Below, piece by piece: positions 8,568 through 18,530 of a stretch of DNA of 64,000 bases; the stretch's first letter is position 1; every line of letters begins with the position of its first letter. A program made the translations under genes and the position numbers. The DNA comes from an uncultured Thiotrichales bacterium. Lineage in GTDB: Bacteria > Pseudomonadota > Gammaproteobacteria > UWMA-0217. The stretch covers positions 16,434 to 80,433 of the forward strand of contig CAZUJU010000008.1 of NCBI GenBank assembly GCA_964620675.1, read 5' to 3'. Below the pieces are notes generated by a model. The model saw only the letters and a list, made by a program, of their open reading frames with translations. It did not search any database and was not told the DNA's origin.

Positions 8568-9547
8568 TTTGCCTGACCCCCCGCGGTATCGCGCTCGGCC
8601 TCCGGTGGCGGCACGGCAGCGTTTGCGGCACCCCGTTGCACCAGTTGCACGAACAACTCCTCAAGCCGATTCGCCTTGTTGCGCATGCTCATGATCTCGA
8701 TGCCCTGCGCGGAGAGTTGCTGAAACACCGCGTTGAGGTGGGTGTGTTTGCGCACGGAGATTTCGAGCGTATGGGCATCCCAGTGGGTGAGTTCGACGCC
8801 ACTCAGCACGGGTGCGGCCCGCAGGGCGTGGTTGAGATCGAAGACGAAGGTCTCGGCGTCGAGCTTGGCCAACAGTTGTTTCATCGAGGTGTGTTCGATG
8901 ATTTCGCCGCGGTCGATGATCGCAATGTTGCGGCAGAGGCTCTCGGCTTCGTCGAGATAGTGGGTGGTGAGGATGATCGTGGTGCCGGCGGCATTGACGG
9001 TGCGCAGGAAGTCCCACATTGAACGCCGAACTTCGATATCGACCCCGGCGGTCGGCTCGTCGAGGATGAGCAAGCGCGGCTCGTGCACCATGGCCCGCGC
9101 AATCATCATGCGCCGTTTCATGCCGCCCGAGAGTTGCCGGGCCTCGGCGCGCCGGCGTTCGAACAGCCCGAGTTGTCGCAACCAATGGTGGGTGCGCCGC
9201 AGCGCCTCGCGTCGGGCGATGCCGTGGTAGCCGGCGTGGTTGATCAGGATTTCTTCAACCGGTTCAAACTGGCTGAAATTGAATTCTTGCGGGACCAGAC
9301 CGAGCGCCTGCTTGACGCCAAACGGGTCGCGATCGAGGTCTTTGTCGAACACCCGGACGCGGCCCGAGGTCTTGTTGACCAATCCGGTGACGATGCCGAT
9401 CGTGGTTGATTTGCCGGCCCCGTTGGGGCCGAGCAGAGCGAAGAAATCGCCCGCGGCAACGTCGAGGGAAATGCCTTTGAGGGCTTCCAGCCCGCCGGAA
9501 TAAACCTTGCGTAGGTCACGAATTGAAAGGGCGAGGGGCGTGGTCAT
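8564..9547 (-). CDS. ABC transporter ATP-binding protein (ABC-2/YadG-like), no adjacent permease
   Basis: Walker A GPNGAGKST, signature LSGGMKRR, Walker B LLILDEPTAG, H-loop TTHYLDEA, plus a C-terminal accessory domain. Confidence 0.9.
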   Translation of the reverse strand: MTTPLALSIRDLRKVYSGGLEALKGISLDVAAGDFFALLGPNGAGKSTTIGIVTGLVNKTSGRVRVFDKDLDRDPFGVKQALGLVPQEFNFSQFEPVEEILINHAGYHGIARREALRRTHHWLRQLGLFERRRAEARQLSGGMKRRMMIARAMVHEPRLLILDEPTAGVDIEVRRSMWDFLRTVNAAGTTIILTTHYLDEAESLCRNIAIIDRGEIIEHTSMKQLLAKLDAETFVFDLNHALRAAPVLSGVELTHWDAHTLEISVRKHTHLNAVFQQLSAQGIEIMSMRNKANRLEELFVQLVQRGAANAAVPPPEAERDTAGGQAN

Positions 9548-9643
9548 GGCGCGTGGAGCGGTTGCGGGGTGAGGTCTGGAGCGCCTCGTTCAGGTTGCGC
9601 GGCAGTGTATCATAGCCCTTGATTCATCCCTCCGAGGTTACCG

Positions 9644-11032
9644 ATGCCGTTGCCCGATTGCTTTGCCGTGGCCGATCCGGCCGCGATTCCCCTGGTTGCG
9701 TTGACCGCGCAGGAATTCCCGGACTGGCTCGCCGCGCAGCCGGATTCGGTGCGCGCCTGGTGCGCTGCGAATCGATTCTCGGCGCGCCTTGAAAGCGTGC
9801 TGATCGTGCCCAATGTTGCCGGCACCCCGTTGCAGGTGCTCTGTGGTGTCGCCGATCCGCCCGGCGTTTGGGCGCTGGCGGCGGCGGCGAATTTACCGGC
9901 GATGGTCTACCGGCTCGAAGCCCCGAACTGGTCGGCCGCGCAAAGTGAAGCCGCCGCCCTTGGATGGGGGCTCGCCGCGTACCGATTCGAACGCTACAAG
10001 TCGGCCCTCAAAACGGGGGCGGAACGACCGCGGCTGGTGGTGCCCGAGGCGGCGGCGGGGCTGCTGGCGCAACTGCGGGCTCTGACCCGGGTACGTGACC
10101 TGATCAACACCCCGGCGGATGACATGATGCCGCCGGAGCTCGCGTGTGAGGCCAAGCGCATCGCCGACGCCTATGCTGCCGAATTTCGCCAGATCGTGGG
10201 TGACGCGCTGTTGACCGAGCACTATCCGGCGATCCATGCAGTGGGGCGCGCCAGTGCGTTCGCGCCGCGGCTGATCGAGTTCACCTGGGGTGCGCCGGCG
10301 CATCCACGGGTGACGCTGGTCGGAAAGGGCGTTTGTTTCGACAGCGGCGGGCTCGACATCAAGCCGGCAAGCGGTATGCGCCTGATGCAGAAGGATATGG
10401 GCGGCGCGGCGCACGTGCTCGGTCTGGCCGAGCTGATCATGGCGGCGGGGTTGCCGGTCAGGTTGCAGGTGTTGATCCCGGCGGTCGAGAACGCGATCGC
10501 CGGGAACGCATTTCACCCCGGCGACGTGCTCGATACGCGCGCCGGCAAGACGGTCGAAGTCGATAACACCGATGCCGAGGGGCGCCTAGTTCTATGCGAT
10601 GCGCTCGCCGAGGCCTGCCGTCACAAGCCCGATCTGTTGCTGGATTTCGCGACCCTGACCGGCGCCGCGCGCGTGGCGGTCGGGACCGAAATTGCGGCGT
10701 ATTTCTGCAACGATCGCGCCGTGGCCGCGGAGCTGCTCGCCGCGGCGACCGCAGTCGATGATCCGATGTGGGAGCTGCCGTTGCATGCCGGTTACCGTAA
10801 CCTGCTGGAAAGTCCGGTGGCGGATCTCGTCAATTCGACCGGCAACGGCGGCTATGCCGGTGCGATCACTGCGGCGTTGTTTCTGGAGCAGTTCATTGCG
10901 CCCGACACCCGTTGGGTCCACGTCGATATGATGGCCTGGAACACCCGGGCACGTCCGGGCCGGCCCAAGGGCGGCGAGGCGATGGGGGTGCGTGCGGTCT
11001 TTGCGATGTTGCAGCGCCGTTATGGCGGGTGA
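9644..11032 (+). CDS. M17 family leucyl aminopeptidase-like protein
   Basis: The M17 signature NTDAEGRLVLCDAL is present, together with the KGVCFDSGGLDIKP and MQKDMGGAA metal-site regions. Confidence 0.9.
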   Translation: MPLPDCFAVADPAAIPLVALTAQEFPDWLAAQPDSVRAWCAANRFSARLESVLIVPNVAGTPLQVLCGVADPPGVWALAAAANLPAMVYRLEAPNWSAAQSEAAALGWGLAAYRFERYKSALKTGAERPRLVVPEAAAGLLAQLRALTRVRDLINTPADDMMPPELACEAKRIADAYAAEFRQIVGDALLTEHYPAIHAVGRASAFAPRLIEFTWGAPAHPRVTLVGKGVCFDSGGLDIKPASGMRLMQKDMGGAAHVLGLAELIMAAGLPVRLQVLIPAVENAIAGNAFHPGDVLDTRAGKTVEVDNTDAEGRLVLCDALAEACRHKPDLLLDFATLTGAARVAVGTEIAAYFCNDRAVAAELLAAATAVDDPMWELPLHAGYRNLLESPVADLVNSTGNGGYAGAITAALFLEQFIAPDTRWVHVDMMAWNTRARPGRPKGGEAMGVRAVFAMLQRRYGG

Positions 11033-12026
11033 CGGCTCGGCGTGGCGTTTCTGCGTCGCGCCGATGCTGGACTGGACCGACCGCCACGCGCGCTACTTCA
11101 TGCGCTTGCTGAGCGCGCGGGCGCGCCTGTACACCGAGATGGTCACCACCGGCGCGATTCTGCGCGGCGAGCGCGAACGCCAGCTTGGGTTTCATGCGGC
11201 GGAACGGCCGTTGGCGCTTCAGCTGGGCGGCAGTGAGCCGGCGGCGATGGCCGCGTGCGCGCGGATCGCCGCGGACTGGGGGTATGACGAGGTCAATATC
11301 AACGTCGGTTGCCCGAGCGATCGCGTCCACAGCGGACGTTTCGGTGCGTGCCTGATGGCGACGCCCGAAACGGTCGCAGATTGCGTTGCCGCAATGCGCG
11401 CCGCGACCCGCTTACCGATTACGGTCAAGCACCGGATCGGTATCGACGATCAGGACAGCGATGCCGACCTCGAACGGTTTGTCCGGGTGGTGGCCGCGGC
11501 CGGGTGCGATACCTTTGTCGTGCACGCCCGCAAGGCCTGGCTCAAGGGCCTGAGTCCCAAGGAGAATCGCGAAGTGCCGCCGCTCGACTATGGGCGGGTC
11601 TATCGCCTGAAGATCGAACACCCGGAGCTGACGATCGTTCTCAACGGCGGCATTACCACGTTGGATCAGTGTGCGACGCATCTCGCGGCGCTCGATGGGG
11701 TCATGCTGGGGCGCGAGGTCTATCACAATCCCTATCTGTTGGCGGACGTCGACAGTCGGGTGTTCGGCCACCCCGGGGCTCCGCCGTCGCGGTACGCGGT
11801 GGTGCGCGCGATGTATCCCTATATCGAATCGGAACTTGTGCGGGGTACGCCGTTGGCGTCGATCACGCGACACCTGCTGGGTCTGTTTCAGGGTCAACCC
11901 GGGGCTCGCGCCTGGCGGCGCACGCTGAGTGAACGCGCGCATCGACCCGGCGCAGGCCTTGAGGTGCTGGACGCGGCACTTGCGTGGGTGCGCGAAGGCG
12001 TCGTGGAACGGTCCGCGCAGGCGTAG
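11022..12026 (+). CDS. dusA: tRNA-dihydrouridine(20/20a) synthase DusA
   Basis: FCVAPMLDWTDRHARYFMRLLS…LQLGGSEP…INVGCPSD…VKHRIGID is a DusA-type sequence. The internal ATG 11022 is preferred over the track start 10992 (shorter overlap with the upstream gene). Confidence 0.9.
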   Translation: MAGDGSAWRFCVAPMLDWTDRHARYFMRLLSARARLYTEMVTTGAILRGERERQLGFHAAERPLALQLGGSEPAAMAACARIAADWGYDEVNINVGCPSDRVHSGRFGACLMATPETVADCVAAMRAATRLPITVKHRIGIDDQDSDADLERFVRVVAAAGCDTFVVHARKAWLKGLSPKENREVPPLDYGRVYRLKIEHPELTIVLNGGITTLDQCATHLAALDGVMLGREVYHNPYLLADVDSRVFGHPGAPPSRYAVVRAMYPYIESELVRGTPLASITRHLLGLFQGQPGARAWRRTLSERAHRPGAGLEVLDAALAWVREGVVERSAQA

Positions 12027-12189
12027 GCAAGGCGCCGAATTCCCGTTACATTAGCGAATCAGTATCGCAGCACCAGGGCGCCGTTCCGAAGGTCATCCGC
12101 GCAACGCCGGGCAAGTCGCCGCGGCAATGTATCGACCCCGGCAGGAATGGCATCCCAAATAACAAACCATCACCGGGGAGACATCACCG

Positions 12190-13149
12190 ATGTCCGTCAA
12201 GCACCCGATAGTTGCCGTGACCGGTTCGTCCGGTGCCGGCACGACCACTGTCAAACACGCCTTCGAAGAGATTTTCCGGCGCGAACGGATCTCCGCGTTT
12301 TTCATCGACGGCAATAGCTTTCGCCGCTTTGATCGAGAAGGGATGAAGCGCGCGGTGGCGGATTCCATCGCTCGCGGGCGTCCGATCTCGCATTTTGGGC
12401 CTGAAGCGAATTTGTTCGATCGCCTGGAGAGTGCGTTCCGCGAATATTCGCGAACCGGTACCGGCATTTATCGACGCTACGTCGACCGGGAAGCCGCCGC
12501 GACCGTGGCACAACCGGTCGGCACGTTTACCGCGTGGCAGGATATTCCGGAAGGCTCCGACCTGTTGTTGTACGAAGGTTTGCATGGCGGTTGTACCGAG
12601 TCGACCTGGAGTCAGCGCGAACTCGGCTCCTCGCATAATCCGCGGGTGGTCAAGGTACGGCATCAGTTCCGCGAGCGCGGCGACTACGGCGTCGACGTCG
12701 CTAAATGGGTTGATCTGCTGGTCGGCGTAGCGCCGGCGATCAATCTCGAATGGATTCAGAAGATTCAGCGCGATAGCCGCATCAAGGGTTCGTCGGAGGC
12801 GGTGGTTGCGACGATCCTGCGACGGATGCCGGACTACATCAAGTACATCGTGCCGCAGTTTTCACTCACCGATCTCAATTTCCAGCGGATGCCACTGGTC
12901 GATACCTCCAACCCGTTCGTTTCGCGCGACATCCCGGCGCTGGATGAGAGCGTCATCGTGGTCCGCTTTCGCGAGCCGCGAAAATTCAACTTCCCGAAAC
13001 TGCTCGATCAGCTGCCCGAGTCGTTCATGTCGCGGCCGAATACCCTGGTGGTTCCTGGCAGTCACATGGGGATCGCGCTCGAAGTGATTTGCGCACCACT
13101 CGTGCTCGAACTGCTGGAGCGCCAACGCGCCGAGGTGGCGTCGTTATGA
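12190..13149 (+). CDS. cbbP: Phosphoribulokinase (bacterial class I)
   Basis: N-terminus MSVKHPIVAVTGSSGAGTTTVKHAFEEIFRRE (P-loop) and INLEWIQKIQRD…VPQFSLTDLNFQRMPLVDTSNPF are typical PRK. GGGGAGA lies upstream of the ATG. Confidence 0.9.
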   Translation: MSVKHPIVAVTGSSGAGTTTVKHAFEEIFRRERISAFFIDGNSFRRFDREGMKRAVADSIARGRPISHFGPEANLFDRLESAFREYSRTGTGIYRRYVDREAAATVAQPVGTFTAWQDIPEGSDLLLYEGLHGGCTESTWSQRELGSSHNPRVVKVRHQFRERGDYGVDVAKWVDLLVGVAPAINLEWIQKIQRDSRIKGSSEAVVATILRRMPDYIKYIVPQFSLTDLNFQRMPLVDTSNPFVSRDIPALDESVIVVRFREPRKFNFPKLLDQLPESFMSRPNTLVVPGSHMGIALEVICAPLVLELLERQRAEVASL

Positions 13150-13186
13150 GGGGTGCGGTGCGGGTTTGCGGCGCGGTTCCACGGGC

Positions 13187-14221
13187 ATGACAATGCCAGT
13201 CGAACTGGCACTCGGACCCGTCATGGTCGACCTTGCGGGGATTGAATTACAGCCCGAGGAGCGCGACCGGCTCCTTCATCCCGCCTGTGGCGGCGTGATC
13301 CTGTTTGCGCGCAATTACCAATCGCCGGCGCAGATCGAGGCTTTGACCGGCGCGATCCGTTCCGCGCGCACGCCGGCGCTGCTGATCGCGGTCGATCAGG
13401 AAGGCGGTCGGGTGCAGCGGTTTCGCGAGGCTTTTTTGTCCTTGCCGCCCCCGCGAAGCTTGGGGCAACGCTACGACCAGTCCGCCGCCCAGGGACTCGA
13501 ATCGGCCCGGCGCCACGCGTGGTTGATGGCCAGCGAGTGCCGCGCGGTAGGGGTCGACTTCAGTTTCGCGCCGGTGCTCGACCTCGATTACGGCAGCAGC
13601 GGTGTCATCGGTGATCGCGCGCTGCATACCTCGCCGGAAGCCGTCGGCGCGCTGGCCGCCGCGTATATCGGCGGCATGCGTGCGGCCGGCATGGCCGCGG
13701 TCGGCAAGCATTTTCCCGGGCATGGTTTCGTTGCGGCCGACTCGCACGTCGATTTGCCCGTCGATACCCGCAGTTGGGCGGAGCTCGAAGCGGCGGATTT
13801 ACGGCCGTTCGCGCACGCAATACACGCGGGGCTCGACGGCATCATGCCGGCGCATGTGGTGTATGCGAATTGCGACCCGCAACCCGCCGGATTTTCGCGA
13901 TTCTGGCTGCAGGACGTGTTGCGTACACGGTTGGGCTTTGACGGCGTGATCTTTAGCGACGACCTCTCGATGGCCGGTGCCGGCTGCGCGGGCGGGCCGG
14001 GTGAACGCGCGCTCGCGGCGTATCGCGCCGGCTGCGATATGTTGCTGGTGTGCAACCAGCCCGCCGCGGCGGATACCGCGCTGGATGCCATCGGACAGGT
14101 CACTCCCGCGCACCCGCCCAACCCGCGCCTGGAACGGATGCGCGCCCGACCGGCGCCAAATTGGCAGGCACTGCACGCAAGCGGCGAATGGCGACAGGCC
14201 TCTGCCGCGTTGAGTGCCTAG
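13187..14221 (+). CDS. nagZ: Beta-N-acetylhexosaminidase NagZ
   Basis: GPVMVDLAGIELQPEERDRLLHP…VDQEGGRVQRF…KHFPGHG…SDDLSM is a GH3 NagZ pattern. The start is set at the first ATG inside the track ORF. Confidence 0.9.
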   Translation: MTMPVELALGPVMVDLAGIELQPEERDRLLHPACGGVILFARNYQSPAQIEALTGAIRSARTPALLIAVDQEGGRVQRFREAFLSLPPPRSLGQRYDQSAAQGLESARRHAWLMASECRAVGVDFSFAPVLDLDYGSSGVIGDRALHTSPEAVGALAAAYIGGMRAAGMAAVGKHFPGHGFVAADSHVDLPVDTRSWAELEAADLRPFAHAIHAGLDGIMPAHVVYANCDPQPAGFSRFWLQDVLRTRLGFDGVIFSDDLSMAGAGCAGGPGERALAAYRAGCDMLLVCNQPAAADTALDAIGQVTPAHPPNPRLERMRARPAPNWQALHASGEWRQASAALSA

Positions 14222-14461
14222 CGCAGGCGCTAAAAAGCGGCCTGGCGGCGGCGAGGGCGGTCGCCGAGCAACAGGATCGCCCTGCACCCGGTCGTTGCTA
14301 CGTGTCTCGTCTGTTTTATGTTCATGACTCCATGATTTTGCCTTAACGGCCATTCGGCGCAGGAATCGTACCGCTGGTTCCAGTTGCGCTCAGGTTCTCT
14401 GGCGCGCGGCCGATAGTCCTACGAGAAGAACAAAAATATCGACTCAGGGAGGACTCCCTTC

Positions 14462-15553
14462 ATGGAAACGCCAATCGGTTGGCTGCCCGAATCGCTTGCG
14501 CTGCTGCGCCACGAAAACCACCTGCTCCTGATTCTGCTCGGAACCGCGATTGCGAGCCTGGTGGCGAGTCGCTGGCTCGCCCGGGCGGCGCCGGCGGCAG
14601 GCGGTTCCGCGTGGTTCGACAATTTGCGTGAGGCCGCGCGTGTGCCGGCCATTCTGTTGGTCTGGATCACCGGTATCGCACTTGCGATTGCGGCCGCCGC
14701 GAGCGGACGCGGCCTCGATCCGCCGGCGTGGTCACAGGCGTTTGGCTACGCTGGGGTGATCGCGGCGGTCGCGTGGTTACTGTGGCGCTGGCTCGGCTCA
14801 TATGAACGTGCGCCGGCAGAGTTCGCGGGGCAGGGCAGCAACGCACCTGCGCGCAGCGCGCTGATGTTTCGTCTGCTGCGGGTGTTGGTGCTGGCAACGC
14901 TCGCGTTGACGCTGCTGCACGCGCTCGGATTTCCGGTGACGGGGCTACTGGTGGTGGTGGGCGTCGCCGGTGGGGCGCTGGGATTGGCGGCGCGCGAGTT
15001 GCTGGCCAATCTCTGGGGCGGGGTGTTGCTGTATCTCGACCGGCCGTTCTTCGTGGGTGACTGGATTCGGATCGCGGCGCTTGAGCATGAGGGCGTGGTC
15101 GAGCATATCGGGTGGCGCACGTCCCGACTGCGCACGCTCGATCAAAGCACTTTGGTGGTTCCGAACGCGGTGTTTACCGCTCGCAGCGTCGAGAACCTGT
15201 CGCAACGCACCCATTTTCGGATTCACGAGATCATCCGCTTGCGCTACGAGGATCTTGAATTCATGCCCGAGATCGTCGGCGCGGTGCGACAGATGGTCGA
15301 GGCACATCCCGGTATCGATCGTAAACAGGGCGTCATTGTCAATTTTACGGCGTTCAATGAATCGTCGGTCGACGTTCTGGTGCATACTTTTACCCGCACC
15401 GTGAATCTCGCCGAATATCACCATGTGCGCGAGGCGTTATTGCTGGAGATCGCGGAAATTATTGCGCGGCACGGCGCGGAACTGGCCTACGCCACTCAGA
15501 CCTTGAACGTGAACATGAACCGAAACAATCCGTTTCTCACTGTCGTGTCATGA
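14462..15553 (+). CDS. Mechanosensitive ion channel (MscS family) protein
   Basis: Several N-terminal TM helices are followed by the MscS core (LANLWGGVLLYLDRPFFVGDWIRI…EGVVEHIGWRTSRLRTLDQSTLVVPN). Confidence 0.8.
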   Translation: METPIGWLPESLALLRHENHLLLILLGTAIASLVASRWLARAAPAAGGSAWFDNLREAARVPAILLVWITGIALAIAAAASGRGLDPPAWSQAFGYAGVIAAVAWLLWRWLGSYERAPAEFAGQGSNAPARSALMFRLLRVLVLATLALTLLHALGFPVTGLLVVVGVAGGALGLAARELLANLWGGVLLYLDRPFFVGDWIRIAALEHEGVVEHIGWRTSRLRTLDQSTLVVPNAVFTARSVENLSQRTHFRIHEIIRLRYEDLEFMPEIVGAVRQMVEAHPGIDRKQGVIVNFTAFNESSVDVLVHTFTRTVNLAEYHHVREALLLEIAEIIARHGAELAYATQTLNVNMNRNNPFLTVVS

Positions 15554-16476
15554 AACCCAAGCTCGGGCTGGCGCTCGGTGCCGGTTCCGCCAAGGGTTGG
15601 GCGCATATCGGCGTGCTCCGGGCGCTCGATGCGCTCGGGCTGAAACCGGATATCGTTACCGGGACTTCGATGGGCGCGCTGGTCGGCGCGGCCTATGTGA
15701 CCGGGCATCTCGATGACCTGGAGGAATGGGTCGCTGGCCTGAGTTGGACCGATGTCCTGAGTTTGCTCGATATTCGCCTGTCCGGCGGCTTAATTCGGGG
15801 CGATCGCGTAATCAATCGGTTGCGCGAGCATTTTGAGGGGGTGACTATCGAGCAGCTGGCGCAACCGTTCGCGGCCGTGGCGACCGAGCTGGAGAACGGC
15901 AATGAATGCTGGTTGCGCGCGGGGCCGATTCTGGATGCGGTGCGGGCGTCGATCGCGCTGCCGGGTCTGTTCAGTCCGATCAAGCTCCACGGCCGATGGT
16001 TGGTGGACGGTGGCTTGGTGAACCCGGTCCCGGTCTCGCTGTGTCGTGCGCTGGGTGCCGATGTGGTGATCGCGGTCGATCTGTCGACCCAGATCTTTCT
16101 TCGCGGGGCGGACGAATCACCCAGAAACGGTTTCAGTCTGAAAACGTCTGACGGCGAAGCGAGTGGCGTCAGCGATCGATTTCTCGAAATGTTTCAGGGC
16201 ATGCTGGGGCGCTTTCGCGATCGTCAACCGGAGGACGCGGCGCTGCCGTCGATCCTCGACGTCGCGATCCGCAGCATCAATATCATGACGGTGCGGATCA
16301 GCCGCAGTCGGCTTGCCGGCGAACCCCCCGATCTGCTGCTTTCACCCAAGGTTGGCGACATCGCATTGATGGAGTTTCATCGCGCCGCCGAGGCGATCGC
16401 GCTTGGGCGCGCCGAGGTCGAGCGCCGCGCGCCGGAACTACAAGTTCTCCTGCGCTATCTCAGCGGGGTGCGTTAA
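15550..16476 (+). CDS. Patatin-like phospholipase (RssA-type)
   Basis: Oxyanion GAGSAKG, the nucleophile elbow GTSMG, and the DGG catalytic Asp motif (VDGGLVNPVP). ATGA overlap with the upstream gene. Confidence 0.85.
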   Translation: MKPKLGLALGAGSAKGWAHIGVLRALDALGLKPDIVTGTSMGALVGAAYVTGHLDDLEEWVAGLSWTDVLSLLDIRLSGGLIRGDRVINRLREHFEGVTIEQLAQPFAAVATELENGNECWLRAGPILDAVRASIALPGLFSPIKLHGRWLVDGGLVNPVPVSLCRALGADVVIAVDLSTQIFLRGADESPRNGFSLKTSDGEASGVSDRFLEMFQGMLGRFRDRQPEDAALPSILDVAIRSINIMTVRISRSRLAGEPPDLLLSPKVGDIALMEFHRAAEAIALGRAEVERRAPELQVLLRYLSGVR

Positions 16477-16534
16477 CCAACGCGCGTGACCCAATGGCGC
16501 GCGATTTGGCGTGGCGTGGTCGGGCGTCGATCCC

Positions 16535-16540
16535 TATAAT
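16535..16540 (+). promoter_or_regulatory. Possible -10 element (TATAAT) for the DsrE-like gene
   Basis: A perfect TATAAT lies 37 nt upstream of ATG 16577. No convincing -35 was found at 17-bp spacing. Confidence 0.3.
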
Positions 16541-16576
16541 GCGCGCTGCTTCACTGCCAGCGAGGGAAGGACAGCG

Positions 16577-16945
16577 ATGGCCGACAAACTCCTGATCATC
16601 ATGTTGAACACCGATCCGCGCAACGGCGCCGAGTTGGGCGCGCCGTTTCTACAGGCGACCGTCGCCGCGGCGATGGAATATGAAGTCGAGATCATCTTTA
16701 CCGGGAGCGCGGGCGAGCTGGCGAAACGCGGCGTCGCCGAACGGCTGACGGTGCATGGCGGGAGTGCGAAAACGATCCACGACTACATCAAGGACGCGCA
16801 CGAAGCCGGCGTGGTGTTCAAGATCTGCGCGCCGACGCTCGATATGTGGGGTGACGAGCTGATTGCGGAAGTGTCGGAGACGGTCGGCGGCGCCTACGTG
16901 ATCAGCGAGGCGATGAATGACGGCACCGTTACCTTTACCTATTAA
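16577..16945 (+). CDS. DsrE/DsrF-like (COG2044-type) small sulfur-relay/peroxiredoxin-like protein
   Basis: MADKLLIIMLNTDP…EVEIIFTGSAG…VVFKICAPTLDMWG: DsrE-fold layout with a single conserved-looking Cys. GAGGGAAGG lies upstream of ATG 16577. Confidence 0.6.
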   Translation: MADKLLIIMLNTDPRNGAELGAPFLQATVAAAMEYEVEIIFTGSAGELAKRGVAERLTVHGGSAKTIHDYIKDAHEAGVVFKICAPTLDMWGDELIAEVSETVGGAYVISEAMNDGTVTFTY

Positions 16946-16997
16946 CAGCGCCCCGAGCGGCGATTGCCCGGTAACCCCGCGACTGAACGGAACTTTC

Positions 16998-17546
16998 ATG
17001 AGCCCTTCGACCCGAGCCGACGATCTACCAAGGGACTTTGACTGCCTCCACGACGCGGCGGCGGTCGATGCCGCGATCGACCATGTCGCCGCCGCGATCA
17101 ACCAGACCCTGGGCGAGCGCGAGGTGTTGGCCTTGTGCGTATTGCACGGTGGTTTGATCTTCGCTGGGCATTTGCTGACGCGGCTGGATTTCTCGGTCAC
17201 GCTGGATTACATCCACGCCACGCGGTACCGCGGCGCAACCACTGGCGACGCCCTGCACTGGATCGCGATGCCACGCACCGACCTGGCCGGGCGGGAGGTG
17301 TTGCTGATTGACGACATCTTCGACGAAGGACTCACCCTGCATGCCCTTTACCGCCACTGCATCGCGCAAGGCGCGGCCCGGGTTTACACCGCGGTGCTCG
17401 CCGAAAAGGACCACCCACGCGCCAAGGCTGAATATCGCCCGGACTTCGTTGGTCTCACGGTTGACGACCGTTACGTCTTTGGTATGGGCATGGATTACAA
17501 ACACCAATTGCGCAACGTCCACGGCATCTACGCAGTTCGCGACTGA
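16998..17546 (+). CDS. hpt: Hypoxanthine/guanine phosphoribosyltransferase
   Basis: PRPP-binding motif VLLIDDIFDEGLTL and the YVFGMGMDY tail. The start is set at internal ATG 16998. Confidence 0.8.
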   Translation: MSPSTRADDLPRDFDCLHDAAAVDAAIDHVAAAINQTLGEREVLALCVLHGGLIFAGHLLTRLDFSVTLDYIHATRYRGATTGDALHWIAMPRTDLAGREVLLIDDIFDEGLTLHALYRHCIAQGAARVYTAVLAEKDHPRAKAEYRPDFVGLTVDDRYVFGMGMDYKHQLRNVHGIYAVRD

Positions 17547-17727
17547 GAGCCTGTGAAAATATCCCGCGATCTACTGCGGACGCCCCTGGACGCGGTGTCC
17601 TGCGTTGCAAGAGGCCCGAAATCGGGTCATGTAGGCCGGCTACACTCCCCGATTTCGGGCCTCTTACGCCTTGTTCACCACGCCCAGGGTCGCACTCGTG
17701 ACGATCGGGGATTTTTTCACAGGCTCT
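17546..17727. repeat. 182-bp nested palindromic extragenic element (long form)
   Basis: Outer inverted arms AGAGCCTGTGAAAATATCCCGCGATC … GATCGGGGATTTTTTCACAGGCTCT. Inner perfect 18-bp hairpin AAGAGGCCCGAAATCGGG / CCCGATTTCGGGCCTCTT. The element starts at the hpt stop codon and ends 20 bp before the mtnP ATG. Confidence 0.8.
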
Positions 17728-17746
17728 GACACAGGAACCTACCCCT

Positions 17747-18487
17747 ATGAGTAGAATCGGGATCATCGGCGGCACCGGCCTCACCAAACTCAAGGACATG
17801 GAGATCGTACGCCGCGAGGTCGTCCATACCCCGTTTGGCGAGCCCTCGGGTCCGGTCACCACCGGGCGCCTGTTCGGGCACGAAGTGTTGTTTCTGGCGC
17901 GACATGGGTATAGCCATACCATTCCGCCGCACCGCATTAACTACCGCGCCAACATCTGGGCGATGCAGCACCTCGGCGTTACCGAGCTGATCGCGTTCGC
18001 CGCGGTGGGCGGCATTAAGCCGGAAATGGGGCCAGGTCGGATCGTGATCCCTGACCAGATCGTCGATTACACCTACTCGCGCCAGCATACCTTTTTTGAA
18101 GAGGACCTTGAACACGTCACCCATATCGATTTCACCGAGCCGTATTGCCCGAATCTGCGCGCCAAGCTGATCGCCGCCGGCGAGCGGGCGGGCATCGCGG
18201 CCATCGCCCGTGGCACCTACGCCACGCTGCAGGGCCCGCGTCTCGAAACCGCCGCCGAGATCAACCGTCTCGAAAACGACGGCTGCGATCTGGTCGGTAT
18301 GACCGGCATGCCCGAAGCCGCGCTCGCACGCGAACTCAGCCTGTGCTACGCAACCGTGGCGGTCGTCGCCAACCACGCCGCCGGACGCGGTGAGGGCGAG
18401 ATCACGATGGACGAAATCCAGCGCAATCTGGTGGACGGCTTCGCCAATGGGGCGAAGTTGCTGCAAGCGTATCTTGCCGCGAGCTGA
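17747..18487 (+). CDS. mtnP: S-methyl-5'-thioadenosine/thioinosine phosphorylase (PNP family 2)
   Basis: MSRIGIIGGTG…FLARHG..H.IPPH.INYRANIWA…ATLQGPRLETAAE…GCDLVGMTGMPEA is an MTAP-type sequence. Confidence 0.85.
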   Translation: MSRIGIIGGTGLTKLKDMEIVRREVVHTPFGEPSGPVTTGRLFGHEVLFLARHGYSHTIPPHRINYRANIWAMQHLGVTELIAFAAVGGIKPEMGPGRIVIPDQIVDYTYSRQHTFFEEDLEHVTHIDFTEPYCPNLRAKLIAAGERAGIAAIARGTYATLQGPRLETAAEINRLENDGCDLVGMTGMPEAALARELSLCYATVAVVANHAAGRGEGEITMDEIQRNLVDGFANGAKLLQAYLAAS

Positions 18488-18530
18488 CGCGCAGCGGCGT
18501 TCCAGGCGTTTGCTAAAGTCGCTGGTTCAG

